Below, one piece after another: positions 1-11,118 of a stretch of DNA of 64,000 bases. The stretch comes from Psammoneis japonica. Lineage: Eukaryota. The stretch lies in assembly GCA_008632985.1 (NCBI GenBank), contig QPGO01000111.1, forward strand, positions 1-64,000, written 5' to 3'. The position numbers were made by a program, and so were the translations under genes. The first letter of the stretch is position 1. Each line of letters opens with the position of its first letter. The notes under the pieces are model-generated. The model was not told the DNA's origin. It worked only from the letters and a program-made list of their open reading frames with translations, and made no database searches.

Positions 1-3000
1 GCAGCTCAGTGACCAATTTGGGGTCCGCATCAAGTCCCACCTTGCTGACAACATCCCATTCAGCACCAAGGCTTTCATGGATGACCCAGAAGAAAACAAC
101 CAAACTGTTGATTTTTCTGGTGTTGGAGCTCATCATCAAAACAGCACAGCCGAGCGCTCCATCCAAACTGTCACCTCATGGGCACAAGCTGTGCTCCTGC
201 ATGCCATTCTAATGTGGCCTGATGCTGCCAATCTGGAGTCATGGCCTTTTGCCATGACCCATGCGACCTGCCTGTGGAACCACATCCCAAAGTCTGACAC
301 TCGTGCCGCGCCAGTTGAGATCTTCTCTAAGCAACGATTTGACACTCATGCGCATCTACAGTGCTTACAGGCATGGGGGTGCCCCACATGTGTTCTTGAT
401 CCTAAGTTACAAGACGGCAAGAAACCACCTGAGTGGGACCCCAGGAGTCACCGTGGCCAACATCTGGGCATCTCACCTGATCTTTCCACCAACATCGGCC
501 TCATTTTGAATCTGTCAACCAGCTGTGTTAGCCCTCAATGTCACATGGTCTATGACAACCACACTTCGCAACAGTTCCCAACAATGACTCCGGCGGCTTC
601 TTCCAGGATGTTCCCTTTGCCGCTGACCTTTGGGAATCCCTCCCAACCGCAGACTCGCCAGTGCACAATGCTCCGCCTGAGCCTTCCAATGCTTCTGATG
701 ACCCTTGCCATTGCTTGCCGGCCTTGCACAATGATTGGCTGACCCCCACTGAGTGCCGTCATTGCGCCACTCATCGACATGACCGCCATCAACGTCGTCT
801 CAAAAACTCCAAAACGGCCCCCACCGCCGAGCCTCCTTCAACCTCTTTCATCACAGCTCCAGAGGGTGAGCTTCCTGCTGCAACAAACAAATCATCAGCT
901 GACAATCTAGAATCTGCAACTTCAGAGGCTCCAGAGGGAGTCAAGATTGATGAGTTCAGCAATGACAGCGATGACGAATTGTCCCTCGTCAATCATCACG
1001 ACTTGCCTGAGGACCCAGACTTAGGCCCTGATGAAGCTGAGCCTCCACAACTGGCTCCAAATGCCACCACACTCCAACTCGGACTCAAAGTGGTCGCACC
1101 ATCAAGAAGCCAGATCTCTTGATTAAAGCAATGCATGCTGACATCCGCACTCCACCCAACAAGTCACCGAATGCTCATAAAAATCCAAAACGTTCCGTCA
1201 AGTTGGAAACACTGAACAAACAGTTCTTGATGGCCCTGCGTTGGGATGGCATCACCAACGCACTTTGGTCCAAAGACTTGCGCGCAATGCTCAATCTTTT
1301 CAACAAAAACACCAATCAAGTTCATGGCACACTCAAAGAAATGCATCCTCTTGCCCTCGCAGCTGATGCAAATTTGGCTGATGATCCAACTTGGGAAGAA
1401 GCAATGAGTGGCCCTGATCAAGCAGCCTGTCTGAAAGCTTGTGACATTGAAATGAACTCCCTGGTCAAAGGCAAGGATGCCTGGAAAGAAGTGGATCAAC
1501 AAGATTGGATGAATGTCCTGCCGTCCACTTGGGCCTTCAAGTGCAAACGATGCCCCGATGGGTCTATCCGAAAATGCAAAGCCCGATTCTGCATCCGCAG
1601 AGACAAGCAATTGGAAGGCGTTGACTGTTTTGATGCCTTTGCTCCAGTTGTCAATTGGACAACAGCATGGCTGATGCTCACACTTTCTCAAATTTTGGAG
1701 CTCTTGACAAAACAAGTTGATTGTGTCACCGCTTTTGTTCATGCTCCGATTGACAAGGATCCCAAATGGGGCACCATGACACCCAAAGAGCGGGAACGCT
1801 CTGGCATTTTTGTGCAAATGCCTTGCGGATGCTCCAAGCCCGGCAAAGTGCTGAAACTCAAACAAACCGTGCATGGTCTCAAACAAGGACCTTGCAATTT
1901 TTTCCTGCACCTTAAGTCAAAACTTGAAGATGCCAGATTTCAATCACAAGATGATGTTGATCCGTGTCTGTTTGTATCTGACAAAGTCATCTGCCTCACG
2001 CACATTGATGACACACTGTTCTTCTCTCTAAAACAAGAGCGCATCGACAAAGTGATCGAAAACTCAAAATTGATGGCGGTCTGGCCATCAAAGTTGAAGA
2101 TTCTGTCGCAGGTTTTTCAGGAGTCCACATTGAACGCGACACCGACAATGGCACTGTCAAGCTCACTCAAAGCGGTCCATCCAAATGTGTCGTCAAAGCC
2201 CTCAATGCAGGCCATCTGCCGAAGGCCCGAACGCCCACACTGGCTGCTCCCTTGGTCAAGGACACCAACGGAGACCCACCAAATGGAGCCCACAATCATG
2301 CCAGCATGGTTGGCATGCTTCAGCATCTCCAAGGCCATTCTAGGCCAGACATTGCCCATGCCGTTAGCTCAGCAGCCAGATTTGTTCATGGCCCTCATCG
2401 CTTGCATGAACTGGCCCTTGAACGGATCGGGTGACACCTGAAGGGCACTCTGGACGAAGGTTCAATCCTCAAGCCATCTGGGGACTTCAACATTGACGTG
2501 TTTGTTGACTCAGATTTTGCTGGACTGTGGCCGCACGAAGACAAGCATGACCCGGCTTGTGTCAAAAGCCGAACAGGATTTGTCACTTGCACCTCAAACT
2601 GTCCTGTCATTTGGTCCAGTGAGCTTGCACCCGAGATCACTCTCTCAACAATGGAAGCAGAGTGCAATGCTTTTTCCACTTGCATGAAAACTGTCCTTCC
2701 CTTTCTACGCACCGTACAAGCCATTTCTCAAGGCATTGGAGTTGGTCCAGGAACTGCCAAGACTGTCCGCACCATTGTGTGGGAGGACAATGCTGGAGCC
2801 TTGACTCTGGCTAATGTGGAACCTGGCTGAGTTACGCCTGGGTCCAAGCACTGCACAATCAAGCATCATTGGCTCCGTTCACAGCTCAAACCAAATTGAG
2901 TTGCTGTGTCCAAGATCGCAGTGGACTTGCAATGCGCTGACATTCTGACCAAAGGTCTCGTTGCTGTTAAATTCGAGGCTGTTTGAAAGTTGCTTTGCAG

Positions 3001-3459
3001 TTGGCAGCTTCTTCATTCAAGAGGGAGTGTCAACACAGCATGAACTCATGTGTGACATGTGTGTGCTATGCTTGCATGTGCGATTTCCTGCCATCGGTCT
3101 TTCTCAACTTTTCTCACAATTGCAACATCCAGTGTGACAAGACATTGGCAGCTTTGCCGATTGTGCCATCATCATTGGCCCACTTTGCCAGTGACACGCA
3201 TGCCATTCAACCTCAGTCAACTTCTCCTGACTCTCAGACGAGAGTTGTCGCAGTTTGTCGGTGTTTTTCAAAAGTCATTCTGTTTCTGTCTTGTCCGTTT
3301 GGCAGTCTGATTGGGTGTGTAATTGTGCACAAAACTGCGCAACATTTGTTTTTGTGACTGTGTGGACAGTTTTGAATGGAACATGTGTCAGAGACTTTTC
3401 GATGGAAATGTTTGCCTGCATCATTGTTTGTGAATAAAATGAACAGAGGCACATTAACA
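1..3459 (+). mobile_element. Degenerate Ty1/copia LTR retrotransposon (CoDi-like): 3' part with integrase core, RT, RNase H, PPT and 3' LTR; 5' part lies outside the window
   Basis: Integrase core (GVGAHHQNSTAERSIQTV...WPFAM...WGCP...LQDGKK...WDPRS) at ~77-560. RT (VLPSTWAFKCKR.PDG..RK.KARFC, APVVNW, HGLKQ, DPCLF, HIDD for YxDD) at ~1380-2030. RNase H (VDSDFAGLW...KSRTG...LSTMEAE...WEDNAGA...ADILTK) at ~2490-2990. The IN-RT-RH order is copia. Frameshifts and stops are present. Confidence 0.93.
3028..3459 (+). repeat. 3' LTR of the copia element
   Basis: Follows the polypurine tract AAGAGGGAG (3019-3027). Begins TGTCAA and ends TTAACA, consistent with an ancestral TGTTAA...TTAACA inverted terminus carrying one TA->CA change. 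The partner LTR is not in the window, so the 3' end is inferred. Confidence 0.7.
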
Positions 3460-3856
3460 GTTAGATAAAAACAAGTGTCATTGCTCCCAAGAGATTTCCT
3501 TGGTGATGGGAGGGAACACCGAGTCGCACGACTTGTTTTCGTGCAACTTTGGAGAAACCATCGACAGATTTAGCTGGAGGGCAGCCTCGCAAAGCCATGC
3601 GAAGTCCAATGAAGTCACGTCATTTCACCGATCACGCGACTTGCAAGCCAATTTTCAGCACTTGAAGTCATCTTCTCTCAGAACATTGGTGGCACATCTT
3701 CTGCGCAATCCTCTTGTGAGATGCTCGCACGACTTGTTCGAGAACCCTCAGCTCCAAAAAAGAAAAAAGACATCAACAGGCCATGAGATGCGGTGACACC
3801 TGCACCATGGCAGAGAAAAAACAACCTGTGGCTTTGCCAGTGCTCTTGATGCTCCA

Positions 3857-4704
3857 ATGCACCCAGACAAACTTGGTGTTGGAGATGAAAACTCTCCACC
3901 AACTGGGCATGCCGCTGGAGAGGAGGGTTGTGTTGATGGGGAGGAGATGCTTGTTGGGGTGAAGCCCTCTGCATGCAACAACATGGCTGACAGAGAACCT
4001 TTGTTGGAGGTTCCAAACATCCCAAAGGAGGCTGACATTAAGGCAACAGCTGGAAAGAGGCGCCTGCCAAACCTGACAAAAGAGGTCAACCAAGAGCTGT
4101 GTTGGGATCTCTTGACACTGATCAGCACGCGAAATGCCCACTTGCCAATGCCAGATGGTGAGAGCAATCAAAGATGGCAGGAGCTTTTTGACTTGTTCTA
4201 TGATCCTGTTAATGGACCAGCCAGAGGCTGCAGTGTGCCAGAGGCAGAAAGCAAAATTCACAATTTTCGCCAAGCAAACATCCGCAGAATTTGTGTTTTG
4301 GCCAAGAAGTGTGATGCAAAGGCGGGGAAAGGAGCTGACAAGGACGCAACAGGATGTGCGGTTCTGGCAAAGACTCTCCATGCAGCAAGGCTTTCGGCAC
4401 AGGCAGCAAAGAAAGATGAGACTCAAGAGGAGCGCGCAACAAAGCAGCAGCAAGAAAAGTGACAAACGAGAGGTGTGAGTTGGAGCTTGGTCTCACACCT
4501 CCAGCTCCATTCAATGGAGGCAAGCACTCAGCCCATGGCTGTGACGTTGAGCCAACCACAGTCACAACTGTTGGGCACCTGGATGGATCAGCAAGCGGAG
4601 ACTGTCGGTCAAGGGATTTTGTGAAGAATTTGGAGGATGCTCAGAAAGGGGCTGAATCCTTGTTTTCAAATCTGTCAAGTGGACATGGCCTTTGGCTCCC
4701 CTGA
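3857..4704 (+). pseudogene. Putative Harbinger accessory (Myb/SANT-like DNA-binding) ORF, degenerate
   Basis: ORF with LCWDLLTLISTRNAHL...NQRWQELFDLFY followed by a charged helical region. Its position convergent to the transposase fits the Harbinger two-gene layout. The family assignment is inference. Confidence 0.4.
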
Positions 4705-5039
4705 GCTGCAAGCATCCAAGAAGCGCAAGCTGGATGTGGGAACATTGCGGGAGCTGCACATGCTCAAGAGCAATGTGGAAAAAAGCTGAAAAGAGGGGAC
4801 AAGCGTCCAAGCGCTTTCTGTGGAGCCATGTCTGAGGAAGTTTTTTCGTCTTTGGGCAAAAAGCCTGCCAAATCCAATGCCACCACCAAACCATCCACAA
4901 AAAGAAGTTTCAAATGATTGGTTTCTTCCCATTGTTGGCTTGGATTTAATTGATGTTTGGCAAGTTCACATTCAGGTCAAACAGCATGTTTTCAATGGCT
5001 CATCTGACTTTGGCATGCGACCTGCAGGAAGCCATAAGA

Positions 5040-5800
5040 TCGGATGTACATCAGGTGTGAAAACAAAAGCAACACCATTGGAAAGCATTCGTTCTGTAGA
5101 TAAAAGTGTCGCCATTGATTGTTGCAAAACCACAAAACGCGCCAGGAATTTTGCACGCAACTGCGGGGTCGTTTGGATGCATGAATGCTGATTCGGTTGT
5201 GCTTGAGGTGTGAAAATAAAAGCAACACCATTGAAAAGCGCTCGCTCTGTAGATGAAATTGTTGCCATTGATTGTCCCATAATTCTGGGCACTTCTAAAG
5301 CAATGCCTGTTTGAGCAAAACGCACCAGGAATTTGGCGCGCAACTGCGGGGTCGTTTGGATGCATGAATGCTGATTCGGATCTGCCAAGGGTGTGGAAAT
5401 AAAAAAGATGCCATTAGAAAGCTGTTGCTCTGCAGGTGATCTTACTGCCATTGACTGTCCCACAATTCTGAGTGCTTCTAGAGCAACGCCTGTTTAAGCA
5501 AAACGCACCCCAGGATTTTGGCACGCAACTGCGGGGTCGTCCAGACATCTCGACGCCGATTCAGATCTGATGGGGGCACAGAAATAAAAAAGACACCATT
5601 GGAAAGCTCTTGTTCTGCAGACAATGTTGCTGCCATTGATTGTCCCACAATTCCAATTGCTTTTAAAGCAATGCCTGCTCAAGCAAAATGCACAATGATT
5701 TTGGCGCGCATCTGCGGGGTCTTTTGGACACGTCGTTGACAATTCCAATCTGCTGGAGGTGTCGAAACAAAAACGCACCTTTGGAAAGTGCTAATTCTCT
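5040..5800. repeat. Tandem array of ~183-bp units (4 full, 1 partial; first unit internally deleted)
   Basis: Units start at about 5040, 5193, 5376, 5561 and 5743 and share GCCATTGA(T/C)TG and CGCAACTGCGGGGTC. The period is a multiple of 3 and the - strand translates to a repeated 61-aa peptide. Confidence 0.9.
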
Positions 5801-6209
5801 GGACAATCAACACAAACTGTAAAATGTGTTTGTGTTGTTTGCTGCAGGTGCTCTTCGACCGTTGGTGGCAAAAGGCCGAAGGTGCCAATGCTGCCAATTT
5901 GGTTGTGATTGAAACAAGTGCAGCAATTGGCTGGCAAAAATGAAACCCTCAATTGCTCACATGCATGTGGATGCTTGCAACACAGCTTCCAATCACTGAA
6001 TGTGCAACACACCCTGAACAGATTTGCTGCCACACCACAACTCCACTCAACTGCAGTGCAAACGCATTTCATCCAAAAATTCTGTAGAACTTGGATTGGT
6101 GCAAGCGGGGCACCTTGAGCAGGTCGATGCGCCTGTCTGACACATTGCCATTTGGAAACCAGCCTTGTTGGAGCTGCAACAAGCAGTTGCCAATGCCGCT
6201 GAGTTCTTG

Positions 6210-6641
6210 TGCAGCATGCCTCGCTGCTGGACAACACGGCGAGACCGTGCACAAGCCTCTTGCACGTGGCAACGTGGCATTGTTGACACGCACCTGGGAA
6301 GCACGACCACAGGAGGGCGTGGCTCTAGGTCTCAGGCAATTCCAGAAGGATGCTGAGAGAGCATCCGTGTGAAGCACACTGGCCCATCGTCTGGCCCACG
6401 ATGGCAGCGTGATTCCACACGATGACATCACTCGTGCATGGCGCGTGATGGCTTGATTTGCACGATCCATGATGCGAATGCACGATCGATTTGATGCGAT
6501 CCAAATGCAAACGAACAGGGATTTGGCAAGATTCCCCATTCACACGATCCCATTTTCTCTACTCTAAACTGGCTCACAATTTTCACAACGACAAAGTCGC
6601 AACACATCTTCTTTTTCAGCGCCCAGCACATGCACAGGGCA
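6210..6641 (+). repeat. Gypsy 5' LTR
   Basis: Direct repeat of 10687-11118 at a constant offset of 4477. Confidence 0.93.
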
Positions 6642-9600
6642 CAGCAATGTCACTCCCGCACATTGTGCGAGGTGACGAAATCTACAGAAATGAAACTACG
6701 AAATGTTGGTGGGACCGACAAATCTTAAAATGACCATGAAGAAGCAGATTGAGCTGCTGATTCCGTTCGCATGGCCGGAGAAGAAAGAGCTGCAGCAGGG
6801 CGAGTGCCAGACGTTCAAGCTGCGCAACAACCCCACTGATCCGGACAGTCCAACGCACGAGATGGGCATTCCGCACCTTTCTGTGGCTACATGCGAGACA
6901 CTCCTGATCTTTCTGCAACAACGTGGATCACGTGCACGAAGGACAAAACATCACGACCGGGCCAGCGAAATTTGCCCTCATGCGTGACCCACTGCAGGGC
7001 GATGCTCTGACGTCATTTGACAATGCCGCTGACAAGCAGGCATCCCAAACCAACGCCACATGCGCAGCATGCATCACGAAGCTAAAGGAAAGTGTCTTCC
7101 CACATGGGGCGGTGCTGTTGCAGAAGCGTTGTCTGAGGCGCTTCATGCGCAAGCCCACAGAGGTTTCCACTCGTGACTGCATCGCGAGGGCTGTTGAAAT
7201 TAACGGCTGCATCTCTCAGTTTCCACCCGTGACGGAGGATGGAGAAGCACCGGCACCATCACCTGATGACGAACTGTGCGACATGTTTGAGTGCGGTGTG
7301 CCGAACGCATGGCAGAAGTTCATGACGCTGCAGAATTTTGACCCGTTGGCGCATGCTGTCGCCGAATTTGTGCAGTTCTGCGAGCGCACCGAGCAGGTCG
7401 AGCTTGCCGAAGGCAACCGCGACCAAAATGCCAGGGTTCTACATAAGCGGGGATGTAGAACGGACAATTCTGAGTCATTGATCATGACCCAACCGAACAC
7501 CCACGTGAGACGTGTCAAGACTGGACATTCCAGCAACGGAGGCAGCAAGCCCAACACAAAACCTCGGAATGAGGAAGATGTCAATGCTCTCATCGGATCG
7601 AAGGTCAAGGAGTTCTTTGCCAACGCTCAGAAAAAGCGCAAGGCACGCGAGGAGGAGCTTGATCACTTCCGCGACCTCAACTTGAGTGATTCCGAAGATT
7701 CGGGCGCTTGCCGACACGACACAGGCAGTTTTAACACATTGGGTGAATGCACAAATGAACAACTGAATTGCCATCGTACACGTGTTGTAGGCCAATCCCG
7801 CAAACGAGTTAAAAAGACTCATCTCACTCCAATCTTGTTCACAGCTGTGAATGCTAAACATGGCAAGGGCAAGACTCAAACCATTAAGGCACTGCTAGAT
7901 AGTGGCGCCAGCAGTGCTCTACTCGACAGTCGATACTGTAAACGTCTGCGAAGCCATTCAACGGCTGAGACAAACTGGACTACGGTAGCAGGCTCGTTCA
8001 GTACGTCTAACGACTGTACCGTTAAATTTTGGTTACCAGAATTATCCGAAACTGAAGAACTTAAACTACCGTCCACGTACACAACGGAAAGTTGGGCAAG
8101 TACGATATGATTATTGGACGTGACATTCTGGAGACACAAGGCATTGATATTGTCTTCTCTAAACAGATGATAGAGTGGCCATTAGTCAATGGAGAAGTGC
8201 CAATGAGGCACGTAGATGCTACGGTAGAAACCTCCTTCTACCTTCAAGATCCAGAAGCCTTATCTTCGGAAACCGACCGGATTTCGTATTTTAGACGCTA
8301 AGTACGCGCCGGCCTGCCTCGAGGACATAACGCGAGAGGCAATAAGACTTTCTATAGTTCACTAAAATGACCTTTTGGCACTATTGAAACGCCATGAGTC
8401 CTTATTTGATGGGACATTAGGAGAATGGAAGGGAGAACCCTACCATATCCAACTCAAGGAGGGTGTAGAACCATGCCACGCTCGTCCGTATAAAGTACCT
8501 CGTGCGTACGAAGCTACGCTACGTAAAGAAGTAGAACGCCTAGTACGTATCGGTGTTCTCAAACGCGTTAACCGATCCCAATGGGCAGCTCCATCATTTA
8601 TCATACCGAAGAAAGATTTAACGGTACGCTTTATTAATGATTTGAGAGAGCTGAATAAACGGATCAAGCGATTGCCTTGTCCGATTCCTCACATCCAAGA
8701 TATGCTACTTAAGCTCGAAGGCTTTATGTGGGCTAATCGCTGGATTTAAATATGGGCTATTATCACGTCCGATTGGATGCTGACAGCAAGAAGCTCTGCA
8801 CGCTCATCTTCCCGTGGGGCAAGTATGAGATGCAGGTATTGCCCATGGGATTATGTAATTCGCCAGACATTTTCCAAGAACGCATGTCAGGCTTATTTGA
8901 AGATCTATCGTTCGTTCGAACGTACTTAGATGACCTTCTCGTCGTGACGAAAGGCACCTATGAAGATCACCTCAACAAACTTGAAGAAGTTTTATTGAGG
9001 GTCCAGAAAGCAGGACTAAAAGTTAACGCAACTAAATCTCACTTCTGTCAAACCCAATTAGAACACTTGGGTTGTCTGGTCAACAGAGACGGAATACGAC
9101 CAATACCTAATAAAGTCGACGCCATTAAGCGAATCGCGACCCCAACCAATAAACGCGACCTTCGCTCATTTATTGGTATGGTGAACTACTACCGCGACAC
9201 GTGGATAAGACGTTCTGAAGTCTTGGCTCCGCTAACACGACTCGTAAGCGAGACTGTTAAGTGGGAGTGGACGTCCGTTGAAGACGAGGCGTTCGAAACC
9301 GTTAAACGGGTGACATCGGATGATGTTTTATCATCACATCCTGATTTTAACAAACCCTTTGAGATGCATGCCGATGCCTCTAAATGTCAATTGGGAGCAG
9401 TTATATCCCAAGATAATAAACCTGTCGCCTTTCCATCGAGTCGTCCTTTGCATGAAGCTTTTAATGCAGACGCGCAAGATGAGATGTCTCTGCCCATTGG
9501 CTTCAAGCGCATTCAAAAAGCACAACAAAAGGACAAGCGCCTGCTCTCACGAGCCAAGGACTCGTCCGACTGCTCCATTCGTGCGTGTCGTGGGGGAGGG

Positions 9601-10686
9601 TCATCACGACAGTTGATCTGTCACAAGGACAAAATCGTGGCACCACAGTCATTGCAGGTTCCGCCAACTGAATGGCGCCACGAGACACTGTGTCATCCAG
9701 GTGAGACACGTGCGGAAATGTCTGTTGCCCAGCACTTCTGTTGGCCTGGTGTGAGGTCTACGGTGCATTCTACGTGCGTCAAGTGCGATCGATGCCAGAA
9801 GACAAAACGCCGAACGCAGCATCATGGGAAGCTGCCAGAAAAGGTCGCCGAGACAATTCCATGGGAGACTCTGTGCATGGACATGATGGGGCCATGTAAA
9901 ATTCAAAGACGCGGAAAGGACACTTTGCAATTGTGGGCAGTCACAATGATTGACCCAGCAACCGGGTGGTTCGAGATTGAAGAAGTGTCTGCGAAATGCG
10001 CAGACGTCGCAGCAAACGTCGTGGAACAAACGTGGCCATGCAGACATCCGTGGCCAACCCAGGTGGTTTATGACCGTGGGACAGAATTTGTGGCAGAATT
10101 CACATTTAGCCAGATGATTAAAAATGACTGTGGGATTTTGAAGAAACCCACAAGTGAGCGAAATCCACAGGCGAATGCCACAGTGGAACGTGCACACCAG
10201 ACACTTGGCAACATGGCACATTCCTTTTCAGCGCAGGACATGGAACTGGACGAAGATGACCCATGGAGTGGCATCCTCTCCGCAGTGGCCTTCGCCATTA
10301 GAGCCACGGTGCATGCGACCACGCGTGCAAGTCCCACGCAATTGGTCTTCGGACGCGATGCGGTTTTGTCTGTTGCCCATCGTGCCAAGTGGAAGCACAT
10401 GGAAACCAGAAAACAGAAGCTCATCCAATTAAATGACAAGCGTGAAAATCAGAAATGCAAGGAGCATCAATGTGCCGCAGGGCAATTGGCACTTGTCAAA
10501 CAGGAACAATCCTCTAAACGCGGTTCTGACAGCTGTGCAGGACCCGCCAGAGTTGTCCGTGTGCATGACAATGGCACATTGCGTGTCCAGAACGGAGTGC
10601 TGACAGATGCGCACAATCTACGGCAGATTGCACCCTGTCACCAGCAAGACATCCTGTCACTTGACGGCCCTGATCATGGGGGAGTG

Positions 10687-11118
10687 TGCAGCATGCCTCG
10701 CTGCTGGACAACACGGTGAGACCGCGCATGAGCCTCTTGCATGTGGCAACGCAGCATTGTCAACACGCACCTGGGAAGCACGGCCACAGGAGGGCGTGGC
10801 TCCAGGTCTTGGGCAATTCCAGAAGGATGCTGAGAGAGCATCCGTGTGAAGCACACTGGCCCGTCGTCTGGCCCACGATGGTGGCGTGATTCCACACGAT
10901 GACATCACTCATGCATGGCGCGTGATGGCTTGATTCGCACGATCCACAATGCGAACGCACGATCGATTTGATGCGATCCAAATGCGAACGAATGGGGATT
11001 TGGCAAGATTCCCCATTCACATGATCCCATTTTCTCTGCTCTAAACTAGCTCATAATTTTCACAACGACAAAGTCGCAACACATCTTCTTTTTCAGCACC
11101 CAGTGCATGCGTGGGGCA
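10687..11118 (+). repeat. Gypsy 3' LTR
   Basis: Follows the PPT; direct repeat of 6210-6641. Confidence 0.93.

Larger units (their letters stand above)
6210..11118 (+). mobile_element. Full-length but defective Ty3/gypsy LTR retrotransposon
   Basis: Two 432-bp LTRs (TG...CA) and a 4-bp TSD CTTG at 6206-6209 and 11119-11122. gag-like ORF ~6730-7700, protease ALLDSGAS, RT (WAAPSFIIPKKD..VRF..D.RELN, YLDD), truncated RNase H (DASK.QLGAVISQ), integrase (H..LCHPG, C..C, IDPATGWFE, NPQANA.VER.H), PPT GGGGGAG at ~10678. Confidence 0.95.

Noticed and set aside
5040..5800. Possible CRISPR-like array
   Set aside because: Whole 183-bp units are homologous with no unique spacers, there are no cas genes, and the context is eukaryotic.
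3028..6641. Copia LTR and gypsy LTR both about 432 bp
   Set aside because: No sequence similarity, and the copia LTR end is only inferred; treated as coincidence.
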